A program made the position numbers and the translations under genes. A stretch of 56,348 bases of DNA from Candidatus Coprosoma intestinipullorum (GTDB taxonomy: Bacteria > Bacillota_I > Bacilli_A > RF39 > UBA660), in contig DVFV01000042.1 of assembly GCA_018713045.1 (NCBI GenBank), positions 1 to 56,348 of the forward strand. Direction: 5' to 3'. Below the pieces are notes generated by a model. That model saw only the letters and a list, made by a program, of their open reading frames with translations. It had not been told where the DNA came from and did not search any database. Shown here piece by piece: positions 35,118 to 44,330 of the stretch (positions within the stretch are counted from its first letter, which is position 1; the number at the start of each line of letters is the position of its first letter).

Positions 35118-36149
35118 ATGTATATGAAGTTATATAGTAATGAAATAGTCTTTCGTGGACATCCTGATAAAGTCTGCGATCAAATAAGTGATGCCTTGTT
35201 AGATGCATACTTAAAAGGTGATAAAAATTCCAGATGTGCTATTGAAGTAATGGGTGGCAAAGGAAAAATATTTATCACCGGAGAAGTCACCAGTAACTCT
35301 ATAGTAGATATTGAAAGTGTAGTCAAAAGAGTCTTAAGAGATATTGGTTATAAAGATAATTATGAAATAGTAAATAATTTAGGTCATCAAAGTAGAGATA
35401 TTGCCCTAGGTACTAATGACGCTGTAGGTGGTGCCGGTGACCAAGGCATGATGTTTGGCTATGCCTGTGACGACACCAAGGAATTACTTCCCAAAGCTAT
35501 GGTTATTCTCCAAAAACTATCTTGGAAATATGATGAGCTAAGAAAAAAATATCCGGACATCTATTATCCAGATGGTAAAGCCCAAATAACAGGTTATTAT
35601 GATAATGAAATGAAACTAAAAAAAATCAAAACATTCACTGTATCTTATAATAACTGCGAATGTAGAAGAGAAGAAACTGATAACCAAATAAAACAAATAT
35701 GTGATGAAATATGTAATGAATATCATGTTGAAGTTGAAAATTACCTCATAAATCCAACCGGTAAATTTCTAATTGGTGGATTTGAAGGAGATGCTGGACT
35801 AACGGGAAGAAAAATAGTCGTTGATAGTTATCAATCATTCGCCCCAGTAGGTGGAGGTGCCTTTAGTGGCAAAGACCCAACAAAAGTTGATCGTAGTGGT
35901 GCCTATATGGCTAGAGAAATTGCCAAATCATACTTAAGAGAATATCATCTTAAATGGTGTGAAGTTCAGCTTAGCTACGCTATTGGCATTGCTAGACCTT
36001 TAGCTATCTATATAAATAGTAATAAAGGTAACATTGAACCCCCAGAAGAACTATATGCCATGTGTACCCCACAAAACATCATTGCATCACTAAATTTAAA
36101 AAATATAAAATATGAAGATACCGCTAAATTTGGTCATTTTCAAAACTAG
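35118..36149 (+). CDS. metK: S-adenosylmethionine synthetase (compact form)
   Basis: GHPDKVCDQISDA, GAGDQGMMFGYA, GGGAFSGKDPTKVDRSGAY. Real start is ATG 35118 or 35124 (the track's 35055 start has no RBS), giving ~341-343 aa versus ~385-400 for typical MetK. Confidence 0.9.
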   Translation: MYMKLYSNEIVFRGHPDKVCDQISDALLDAYLKGDKNSRCAIEVMGGKGKIFITGEVTSNSIVDIESVVKRVLRDIGYKDNYEIVNNLGHQSRDIALGTNDAVGGAGDQGMMFGYACDDTKELLPKAMVILQKLSWKYDELRKKYPDIYYPDGKAQITGYYDNEMKLKKIKTFTVSYNNCECRREETDNQIKQICDEICNEYHVEVENYLINPTGKFLIGGFEGDAGLTGRKIVVDSYQSFAPVGGGAFSGKDPTKVDRSGAYMAREIAKSYLREYHLKWCEVQLSYAIGIARPLAIYINSNKGNIEPPEELYAMCTPQNIIASLNLKNIKYEDTAKFGHFQN

Positions 36150-36165
36150 ATAGAAAGGAATAATC

Positions 36166-36543
36166 ATGGTAGATTTTAAAAATAAAGCCCTAATTAAACT
36201 AGGACATATTCCAAATGAAAGAGGAAAAGAAATCGTCAAAGACATCATAATAAAAAATGAAGAAATAATCGCTTCATTTGAATCCATGCGCGATAAACTA
36301 ATATTCACCGACAAAAGAATAATTTCTGTAAATGTCCAAGGACTAACCGGTAAAAAAATCGACTACACATCTATTCCGTATTCGAAAATCCAAGCCTACT
36401 CAGTTGAAACTGCCGGCATGATGGATATGGACGCTGAAATTGACATAACCATAAGTGGCCTTGGAACCGTTAGATTCGAATTAACCGGAACAACCGATAT
36501 CAAAGAAATATGCCGGGAAATATCTGAAAAAATCTTAGATTAA
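36166..36543 (+). CDS. bacterial PH-domain protein (YokE-like)
   Basis: 125 aa. DKLIFTDKRIISVNVQGLTGKKIDYTSIPYSKIQAYSVETAG fits the bPH pattern. Confidence 0.6.
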   Translation: MVDFKNKALIKLGHIPNERGKEIVKDIIIKNEEIIASFESMRDKLIFTDKRIISVNVQGLTGKKIDYTSIPYSKIQAYSVETAGMMDMDAEIDITISGLGTVRFELTGTTDIKEICREISEKILD

Positions 36544-36571
36544 CAACCAAAGTTAATCTTTTTTGTATCTA

Positions 36572-36601
36572 TTGACGAACGCATGTTTACTTTGCTAAAA
36601 T
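36572..36601 (+). promoter_or_regulatory. sigma-A promoter for the nuclease gene
   Basis: TTGACG (36572-36577), 18 nt, TAAAAT (36596-36601). Confidence 0.5.
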
Positions 36602-36620
36602 AAAATAAGAAGGTGACCAT

Positions 36621-37367
36621 ATGAAAAAAAGAAAATTCAAAACCCAAAATGCCATAATAACCCTAGCTCTTTTAATTATTTTAGGCCTAGGAGGCTTTTA
36701 TCAAGATGACATAAAAAGTATAATCATCCCAGATGAACCTGAAACCAAAGACGAAGCACAAACAGTATCTCATTCATATGACATTGGAAATATTCCTGAA
36801 TATAGTGGTGAACCTGTCATAGCCATTAATAATAGTAAACCAGAATTTACAAAAGAAGAATTACAAATCAAATCACTTGAAGAATATAGTGACTTAGATT
36901 CCCTTGGTCGCTGCGGACAAGCTATTGCTTTAGTTGGTAAAGAAACCATGCCTACCGAAGAAAGAGGCTCAATCGGTATGATAAAACCAACCGGGTGGCA
37001 CACTGTTAAATATGAAATCGTCGACGGTAAATACCTATACAACAGATGCCACCTAATCGGTTATCAACTAACTGGTGAAAACGCCAATGAAAAAAATCTC
37101 ATAACATGTACCAGATACATGAACGCCACCAGCATGCTTAAATATGAAAACGAAGTAGCCGATTATATAGAAGAGACTAAAAATCACGTTCTATACAGGG
37201 TAACCCCAATTTTTGAAGGAGATAATCTTTTAGCAACCGGCGTCCAAATGGAAGCCGAGTCGATCGAAGATGGTGGTAAAGGTATTTCATTCAACATCTT
37301 CGTTTATAATATTCAAGATGGAATCACAATTGATTATAAAACTGGAGATAGTCATTTAAATCAGTAA
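36621..37367 (+). CDS. secreted or membrane-anchored DNA/RNA non-specific endonuclease (Endonuclease_NS_2 / streptodornase-like)
   Basis: N-terminal TM or signal sequence; LDSLGRCGQA...YNRCHLIGYQLTGENANEKNLITCTRYMN. Confidence 0.8.
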   Translation: MKKRKFKTQNAIITLALLIILGLGGFYQDDIKSIIIPDEPETKDEAQTVSHSYDIGNIPEYSGEPVIAINNSKPEFTKEELQIKSLEEYSDLDSLGRCGQAIALVGKETMPTEERGSIGMIKPTGWHTVKYEIVDGKYLYNRCHLIGYQLTGENANEKNLITCTRYMNATSMLKYENEVADYIEETKNHVLYRVTPIFEGDNLLATGVQMEAESIEDGGKGISFNIFVYNIQDGITIDYKTGDSHLNQ

Positions 37368-37385
37368 AAAATACTGATTTTTTTA
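37361..37385 (+). terminator. rho-independent terminator
   Basis: TCAGTA / TACTGA stem with a 5-nt loop, then a T7 run. Confidence 0.5.
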
Positions 37386-37454
37386 ATAAAAAAAAGGAAA
37401 TTTGAGGTCGACACACTATGATTATCTATGAAGGGGCCAGAAAGGAAGATATAT

Positions 37455-38252
37455 ATGTACACAATTACCAAATATTTAACCCTAATCATCACTATGTTAA
37501 CCGGAGGTCTTACAAGCATAAATACTCATGGTCTAGAAATACCCATAGTCAAGCAAAATAGCGGACTCTACTTAAGTACGCCAAACCGTTACGTCTATAA
37601 AGGAATAAACCCTAATAACTATCTAAAATTTAATAATGAACTTTGGCGAATTATTTCCTTTGAACCAGATGATACAATAAAGATAATTAAAGCCGAAAAT
37701 CTCAAAAACATCCCTTTTGACGAAAATAATCAAAACAACTGGGAAACATCAACCCTAAACAAATATCTAAATCAAAACTTTTATCTAAGCCTTCCTAAAG
37801 ACATTCAGGACCAAATAGTAAATCACACTTGGAATATTGGCGCCGTCTATAAAACCCAAAAATCTGGCATAGCTTTAAAATATACGGTTGAAGAAGAAAA
37901 AGAACAAATAACTACCTCAAAAATTGGTCTCATAAGTATGAGTGAATATATTGAGGCTATGGATAACTCTAAAACCTGTGGAAACATCAGCCTCATCTTC
38001 AAAAATGAAACCAAATGTCAAAATTATCTAGACAAAATAGTTAAACAAAACAACCTTGAAGCCGCTTGGACAATCTCTAAAGATGAATACTCCGAAAGTA
38101 CCGTTTACTATATCGGCAATACATATTTCCCTGATAATATGGCAAATAGTAATTTTATTGCCGCGATGCCCGCACTTTACCTAAATAAAAACATCACTCT
38201 AATAGGTGATGGTACAAAACAAAATCCATATCAAATTACCAAAACAAACTGA
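37455..38252 (+). CDS. secreted protein of unknown function, paralogue of ORF 50068
   Basis: N-terminal hydrophobic segment. GINPNNYLKFNNELWRIISFEPDDTIKIIK matches GANPDNYIKFNSELWRIISLENDGVIKIIK in the other copy. ATG 37455 follows AAAGGAAG (track start 37428). Confidence 0.6.
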   Translation: MYTITKYLTLIITMLTGGLTSINTHGLEIPIVKQNSGLYLSTPNRYVYKGINPNNYLKFNNELWRIISFEPDDTIKIIKAENLKNIPFDENNQNNWETSTLNKYLNQNFYLSLPKDIQDQIVNHTWNIGAVYKTQKSGIALKYTVEEEKEQITTSKIGLISMSEYIEAMDNSKTCGNISLIFKNETKCQNYLDKIVKQNNLEAAWTISKDEYSESTVYYIGNTYFPDNMANSNFIAAMPALYLNKNITLIGDGTKQNPYQITKTN

Positions 38253-39012
38253 TTATTTTAGTAAACATATTCTGGCTAAACGGCGCACTATAAATAAATT
38301 TTGGATTATCACTATAAATTGCCTGGCAAATCTTATTCACAATTGAAGTCAAAGCTCTTTGTTCAAAAAATAAAACAAACTTGTCATAACTATGAATAAA
38401 ATCTAATTGATATTCAAAAAAAGAATTAACATCCATAAAATCGTATTTCTTATCCATTGCCAGCTTATTAAAACCAGTATCATAAAGCCCAGGCAAAATA
38501 AGAGAAACCTTAATATCCGAGTCCAGTAATAAAAGTTCAAACCTCAAAGCCTCAGTCATCTTGATCAAACTAGCCTTACTTCCGCTATAGGCACCCAAAA
38601 AAGGCATTGGAATCTTTCCAGCCAAAGACCCCATAATTATAACCTTACCCCTTCCTTTTTTTATCATCTTTTGTAAAACCCGTTGTAGCACCTTAAAATT
38701 ACTAAACACATTTGTCTCAAAATTATCGCGAATTCTATCTACCGGCATCTCAATCATCGAACCACTTTCCGCAATCGCCGCATTAGCAATATAAATATCG
38801 ATATCTATATTCTCAATCTTCCGGTAATCATATTCATTTGTAATATCTAATTTCATACAAGTAACATTCTTATAATTCTTGTACTTATCCTTCATCGCCC
38901 GAACCTGACTATCCGTATGAACAGTTAAATATAACTCGTAATCATTTATTATATTATCTATAACCTTTGAAATAATCCCACTTCGTGCTCCTGTAATTAA
39001 AACTTTTTTCAT
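38236..39012 (-). CDS. SDR family oxidoreductase
   Basis: TGARSGI cofactor motif, NAAI, and catalytic YSGSK. Confidence 0.85.
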   Translation of the reverse strand: MKKVLITGARSGIISKVIDNIINDYELYLTVHTDSQVRAMKDKYKNYKNVTCMKLDITNEYDYRKIENIDIDIYIANAAIAESGSMIEMPVDRIRDNFETNVFSNFKVLQRVLQKMIKKGRGKVIIMGSLAGKIPMPFLGAYSGSKASLIKMTEALRFELLLLDSDIKVSLILPGLYDTGFNKLAMDKKYDFMDVNSFFEYQLDFIHSYDKFVLFFEQRALTSIVNKICQAIYSDNPKFIYSAPFSQNMFTKIISLFW

Positions 39013-39113
39013 AAATAATCACCAATTATATCCTAACCCATTAAACTGTAATTATACTGTAATTGACAACCAAAATTAAAAATGATAATCTTAAAAAGTA
39101 AGGAAATGATAAT

Positions 39114-39587
39114 ATGAAATGTAACTTTTTAAATAATCGCGCCATTCATTCGCTAAGCGTCGCCAAACTCATGTCCAAATTTTCTCACATGATAAATCGT
39201 CATCCCGAAGACATGTTTTTACTCGGATACATTCATGACATAGGTTACGCCATAGGTGGTGAAAACTCTAATCATAATTTATATGGTGGAAAACTTTTGA
39301 TGCAAAATAATTATCCATATTCCAAAGAAATATTAAACCACGGAATAATCACAGATTATAATTCAGATGAACTCACCTTACTAAATATCTGTGATATGTC
39401 GGTAAGTAGTAAAGGTGAAATCGTCACCTTTGAAAATCGTAAAAAGGATATCGCCGAAAGATACGGAATCAACTCTAAAGAAATTCAAACATTCGATGCT
39501 CTTCGAACTAAAATCGAAAAAACAGAAATATATAAAAAGATAAAAGAAACCTTAGAAAAGGAGAATCTTTATGGAAACCAAATCTAA
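39114..39587 (+). CDS. HD-domain phosphohydrolase-like protein
   Basis: HSLSVAKLM ... LLGYIHDIGY (H...HD pattern). Confidence 0.6.
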   Translation: MKCNFLNNRAIHSLSVAKLMSKFSHMINRHPEDMFLLGYIHDIGYAIGGENSNHNLYGGKLLMQNNYPYSKEILNHGIITDYNSDELTLLNICDMSVSSKGEIVTFENRKKDIAERYGINSKEIQTFDALRTKIEKTEIYKKIKETLEKENLYGNQI

Positions 39588-39903
39588 ATTTACAATGATA
39601 GATGAGCCATTTATTTGTGACGTTTGTGGTAGAGAAGTAAAACCCTTAGGATATACTGCCAGAGATCACTGTCCTTATTGTCTTTCATCCAAACACGTCG
39701 ATATAAATCCTGGCGACCGTGCAGAAAAATGTCACGGAACCTTAAAACCAATTGCCATTGAACCATCAAAAAAAGGAACACATAAAATAGTCTATAAATG
39801 TCTTAAATGTGGCATGCAAAAAAAGAATATTGCGGCCAAAGATGATAACTTTGATCTAATCCTTAAAATAATGTCAAATCCAGTATCTTTCAATCAAAAG
39901 TAA
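39571..39903 (+). CDS. RNHCP domain protein
   Basis: CDVCGREV...ARDHCPYCLSSKHVD...CHG...YKCLKCG. AAGGAG RBS; overlaps the HD gene by 17 nt. Confidence 0.7.
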   Translation: METKSKFTMIDEPFICDVCGREVKPLGYTARDHCPYCLSSKHVDINPGDRAEKCHGTLKPIAIEPSKKGTHKIVYKCLKCGMQKKNIAAKDDNFDLILKIMSNPVSFNQK

Positions 39904-39950
39904 CATTATTAAAAAATAATAAACCAAACGTCAACCATGACTTTTTTTCT

Positions 39951-39979
39951 TTACTACAGTCTAAAAGACGTGATATAAT
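39951..39979 (+). promoter_or_regulatory. sigma-A promoter with an extended -10
   Basis: TTACTA (39951-39956), 17 nt including TG, TATAAT (39974-39979). Confidence 0.5.
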
Positions 39980-40002
39980 AAAAACAAGAATAGAGGGATA
40001 AA

Positions 40003-40425
40003 ATGTTTGAAAAAAGAAGTCAAGCCCTGTTTGCCGGTTGTGTTTTCGCCACAACAACAGTTATATACATGGCCGCATACTATGGCGCTTATCTATTAAT
40101 TACAGGTTTATATGTTCCATATGAATTATTTATTATAATGCCTATGCTTTTCCTTTTAGGCTTTGGTGCGGTATTTGCTTGGATAGGCTTCGTTACATCT
40201 AAAAAATCATACGCCATAATCGGGACCTTACTTTGCTTCGTTGGTTCATTCTTATTACTTCCAATAAATCCATTATTAATTGCCTATACAATTGTTCTCG
40301 AAATTGTCGGTTGTATTGAACTAAATAAATGTGAACCAGTTCCCGATTTAATTACCGAAGATAGTCAAATGGAAATAAAACCTAAAGAAACAAAAAAGAA
40401 AACTAAAAAAGCCAAAACAAAATAA
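40003..40425 (+). CDS. small multi-pass membrane protein
   Basis: 140 aa, 3-4 hydrophobic spans, Lys-rich tail. The N-terminus MFEKRSQALF parallels the next ORF. Confidence 0.5.
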   Translation: MFEKRSQALFAGCVFATTTVIYMAAYYGAYLLITGLYVPYELFIIMPMLFLLGFGAVFAWIGFVTSKKSYAIIGTLLCFVGSFLLLPINPLLIAYTIVLEIVGCIELNKCEPVPDLITEDSQMEIKPKETKKKTKKAKTK

Positions 40426-40458
40426 ATTTGGCTTTTAATATATAGAAAGGAACCAAAT

Positions 40459-40839
40459 ATGTTTAAAAAAAGAAGTAAAATTCTGTTTATTGCCAATATA
40501 ATTGCCACTATTTATTTCTTATATACATTATACAAAATAAATATTCCTGGCCTCCTAAGCAATTCAGGCCAAGAAATAGCCATTTCATCCATGAATATTT
40601 ATAATAATTCCTATTATCTTATATTTACCTGCTTTGGCGTTATCTTTGGCTGGCTCGGATTCTTCCTCCACCTACCGGCATTTATAATGATTGCCTTCAT
40701 CATGTATTATATTCCGGCCTTTACTTTCCTTTTCGAAAAAGATTTTCTTTTGTTACCTCAAATAATTTTAACCGGTGTAAGTTATGTCTTCCAAAAAATG
40801 ATAAACGCAAGACAGAAACTTCAAATGCAAAATCCATAG
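40459..40839 (+). CDS. small multi-pass membrane protein (tandem paralogue)
   Basis: 126 aa. N-terminal MFKKRSKILF and a hydrophobic pattern similar to ORF 40003. Confidence 0.5.
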   Translation: MFKKRSKILFIANIIATIYFLYTLYKINIPGLLSNSGQEIAISSMNIYNNSYYLIFTCFGVIFGWLGFFLHLPAFIMIAFIMYYIPAFTFLFEKDFLLLPQIILTGVSYVFQKMINARQKLQMQNP

Positions 40840-40885
40840 TCTGATGTAAAAGTTATCCGAAACATCAAATCTATGGATTTTTTAT
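40834..40885 (+). terminator. rho-independent terminator
   Basis: CCATAG..TGATGT / ACATCA..CTATGG compound stem, then ATTTTTTA. Confidence 0.6.
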
Positions 40886-41079
40886 ATCGTCAAATAAATT
40901 ATCATTTTCTAAGCACTCTATTCGGCGTTAAAAAGTTATATCGGTTATAAATTATTCAAAATTAACATATCGTATAAAAACCTTTTATTTTACACTTTCT
41001 ATCAAAAATAAAAAAATAAAATTAACATCAACACTACCACTTTTCTAATGCGTGCTATAATTAAAAAGAAGGTGACCTT

Positions 41080-43698
41080 ATGAGTGCAAAATTAAAAAAC
41101 ATAAAAAAACAAATTAAAAATTTTTCAGAAAAAGAACTTTACGAAGAATATAAAAATATATCATCACTCACTAAAGAAGAACTCTTAAAAAAATATAATA
41201 CCAAAGAAACCGGTTTAACCGAAGAAGAAGCTAAGCAAAGACTAATTAAAAATGGTAAAAACATAATCAAAGAAGAAAAAGTAAAAAAATGGTATAACTT
41301 TTTAATTGCCTCATGTGCTGATCCGTTTGTCTATATTTTAGCTGTTCTTTCAATTATTAATTTTTTATTAGGAGATGCTCTAGGAGCTTTTATAATTATT
41401 ATACTCGCGGCAATTAGTATCATCATTCGTTTACTTCAAGATTATTCTGCGTACCGCTTTGACCAAAAATTAAAAAATCATATCTATACAACAACTAATG
41501 TTTTAAGACAGAAAATCACTAAAGAAGTAAAAACAACAAATATTACTATAGGTGATATTATTGAATTAAATGCCGGTTCCTTAATCCCTGCTGACCTTAT
41601 ACTGTTAGAAACCAAAGATTTATTTGTTAACGAATCAGTCTTCACAGGAGAAAGTGTCCCAGTTGAGAAAAAAGCTGGCGCAAAAATTGGCAAGACACTT
41701 TTAACCTCAGAAAATATTTGCCTTATGAACTCTAGCGTTGTTAGCGGAAGTGCCAAAGGTTTAGTAATCAAGACAGGCAAAGAAACATACATTGGTCAAA
41801 TGTCTGCCACTATGGATGAAAAACCACCTTTAACTAACTTTCAAATTGGAATGAACGCAGTCAGTAAAACTCTGATAACTTATATGGTTGTTATAACTGT
41901 AGCCGTATTTATTCTAAACTCTTTACTTCATCATGACCTACTTCAAGCTCTATTTTTTGCAATCTCCGTTGCCGTTGGAATAACCCCAGGTATGCTTCCG
42001 ATGATTGTCAATGTTAACCTTTCTAAAGGAAGTAAAACTCTTGCAAAAAAGAAAACCTTAGTCAAACATATGGAAGCTATCGAAAACTTAGGAGCTATCG
42101 ATACCTTGTGTACAGATAAAACTGGAACCTTAACTCAAAACAAAATAACTTTACAGTACTACCGCAATATTGCCGGTAAAGATGATGAAACAATTCTTAA
42201 ATATGCATACCTTAATAGTAATTACAGTACCGGAATAAAAAATATAATCGATCGAGCTATCCTTAGTTATTCCAATGAACATAATATACCAAATAAGGTT
42301 CAAAATTATAAAAAAATCGATGAAATACCATTTGACTATGATCGAAGACTTGCCAGTGTCGTTGTCAAAAATGGTAATAATACTTATATTTTAACCAAAG
42401 GAGCCGTAACGGAAGTCTTAAATAAATGTACTAAAGTTAAATACCAAAATAAAATATCAGATATTACAGATGATATCAGAGAAAAAGTTAAATCAGATGT
42501 CGGCAGGCTTATAAGCGATGGCATGCAAGTAATTGCCCTAGCAGCCAAAAAAGAATACACCGGTGAAGACGTTTTTGGCCCGCAAGACGAAAACAATCTT
42601 ACTTTACTAGGTTATATTGCATTTCTAGATCCACCAAAAAAAGAAGTAAAAACAGTACTTAAAGAAATAACCAAAGCCAAAGTTCAAATAAAAATATTAA
42701 CTGGTGATAACCCAGATGCCACCAGAGCCGTTTGTAAAGAAGGTGGCCTAAACGCTGACGTAATATTAACTGGAAATGAAATTGATAATATGTCTGATGA
42801 AATATTATCTAAAAAAGTTGAAACAGTTAATGTCTTTGCTAGACTTACACCACTTCAAAAAGAAAGAATTGTTAAAATTTTAAGACAAAAAGGACACGTA
42901 GTCGGTTATATGGGAGATGGAGTTAACGATGCCCCATCTTTATCTGAAGCAGACGTTGGAATAAGTGTCAATACGGCTACTGATATTGCCAAAGAAGCCA
43001 GTGATATCTTATTACTTGAAAAAAGCTTAAAAGTTGTCTACGACGGTATAATCGAAGGCAGAAAAGTTTATGGAAATATTATGAAATATATGAAAATGGC
43101 CTTATCGGCAGGCTTTGGTGATGTCTTCAGCGTATTTCTTGCAAGTATTTGCTTACCTTTCCTTCCGATGGTTCCAATTCAATTATTATTGGAAGACCTA
43201 ATCTATGACATAAGTCAAATTGCTATCCCCTTTGATAACGTTGATAGAGAATTCCTAGAAAAACCACATAAGTGGGATACATCTGATCTTAAAAAATTCA
43301 TGAACGTTATGGGAATAACCGCCTCATCAGTTGACCTAATTGCCTTTGCAATATTCTGGTTTGTTCTTGGATTTAACTCAGTATCAGATCAATATTCATT
43401 CCAAACAGCTTGGTTTATCGAAGGTGTAATCTCTCAAACCATGATCGTGCACTTCATTAGAACTGAAAAAATTCCGTTTATTCAATCCACAGCTAGTAAA
43501 TGGTTATTATTATCAACCACTTTTAGTATTGTAATGGCTTTAATCGTCCCACTTATTCTCAAAAATATTACAGAATTTCACTTTACAACTTTACCATTTG
43601 AATTCTACATGTATCTAATATTACTGATGTTTATCTATGCCGTCCTTGCCGAAATAGTCAAACGATTATACATAAAAAAATACCACAGATGGTTATAA
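41080..43698 (+). CDS. mgtA: magnesium-translocating P-type ATPase
   Basis: 872 aa. LCTDKTGTLTQNKI, MGDGVNDAPSL, and MgtA-typical VHFIRTEKIPFIQS. TGcTATAAT at 41053-41061. Confidence 0.9.
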   Translation: MSAKLKNIKKQIKNFSEKELYEEYKNISSLTKEELLKKYNTKETGLTEEEAKQRLIKNGKNIIKEEKVKKWYNFLIASCADPFVYILAVLSIINFLLGDALGAFIIIILAAISIIIRLLQDYSAYRFDQKLKNHIYTTTNVLRQKITKEVKTTNITIGDIIELNAGSLIPADLILLETKDLFVNESVFTGESVPVEKKAGAKIGKTLLTSENICLMNSSVVSGSAKGLVIKTGKETYIGQMSATMDEKPPLTNFQIGMNAVSKTLITYMVVITVAVFILNSLLHHDLLQALFFAISVAVGITPGMLPMIVNVNLSKGSKTLAKKKTLVKHMEAIENLGAIDTLCTDKTGTLTQNKITLQYYRNIAGKDDETILKYAYLNSNYSTGIKNIIDRAILSYSNEHNIPNKVQNYKKIDEIPFDYDRRLASVVVKNGNNTYILTKGAVTEVLNKCTKVKYQNKISDITDDIREKVKSDVGRLISDGMQVIALAAKKEYTGEDVFGPQDENNLTLLGYIAFLDPPKKEVKTVLKEITKAKVQIKILTGDNPDATRAVCKEGGLNADVILTGNEIDNMSDEILSKKVETVNVFARLTPLQKERIVKILRQKGHVVGYMGDGVNDAPSLSEADVGISVNTATDIAKEASDILLLEKSLKVVYDGIIEGRKVYGNIMKYMKMALSAGFGDVFSVFLASICLPFLPMVPIQLLLEDLIYDISQIAIPFDNVDREFLEKPHKWDTSDLKKFMNVMGITASSVDLIAFAIFWFVLGFNSVSDQYSFQTAWFIEGVISQTMIVHFIRTEKIPFIQSTASKWLLLSTTFSIVMALIVPLILKNITEFHFTTLPFEFYMYLILLMFIYAVLAEIVKRLYIKKYHRWL

Positions 43699-43773
43699 AT
43701 TAAACATAGGGAGTATCGTTTTAAAATGCCTCATCATATAGTATTGAAATTATTTCAGAAAAGAGAGTAAATA

Positions 43774-44241
43774 ATGATTAAAGTAAATGAAAAAAATGAA
43801 AAAGTATTAAACCAAATGTATAATATACTTATTCAAAATTTATTTATAAATTATCCAAAATTTTTGAAAGAAAAAGAAAAACACGATAATAACGAAAATT
43901 ATCAAAAATGGATAAACCTGATAAAAGAAACACCCAATTATAATATTATTACGGAAGAAGAAAACGAAAAAGTTTTAGGATTCTTAAACTATCAAATCGA
44001 AAATAATAAGTTGTGGATTTGTGAAGTTCAAATAAGAGATGAAAATAAACAATCTCATATATTGAAAAAGTTATTAAAAAAATTTGTTTCCTTAAATAAT
44101 AATTATAAAACGGTAACAATTCATATAAACAAAAATAATACAGTTTCAAAAAAAGTATTTATTCATATCGGTTTTAAATATATAGGTAATACCTTATATA
44201 AGATAAACATGAAAGCACTTGAAAACTATACAAAAAATTAA
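43774..44241 (+). CDS. hypothetical protein, weakly GNAT-like
   Basis: 155 aa. Only the C-terminal N..S..VFIHIGFKY resembles a GNAT; there is no clear motif A. Confidence 0.35.
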   Translation: MIKVNEKNEKVLNQMYNILIQNLFINYPKFLKEKEKHDNNENYQKWINLIKETPNYNIITEEENEKVLGFLNYQIENNKLWICEVQIRDENKQSHILKKLLKKFVSLNNNYKTVTIHINKNNTVSKKVFIHIGFKYIGNTLYKINMKALENYTKN

Positions 44242-44330
44242 TTTAAACAAAAAAAGAACAAAAGTTCTCTTTTTTTGTCCTTAAAACCATTAAAGTCATG
44301 CTATAATTAAAAAGGAAAGAATGTGGTCTT

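Noticed and set aside
40840-41079. Possible Mg2+ (M-box) riboswitch leader before mgtA
   Set aside because: The region shows no GC-rich multi-helix M-box-like sequence. The only promoter-like element (TGcTATAAT 41053-41061) leaves a leader of roughly a dozen nt. An Rfam scan would settle it.
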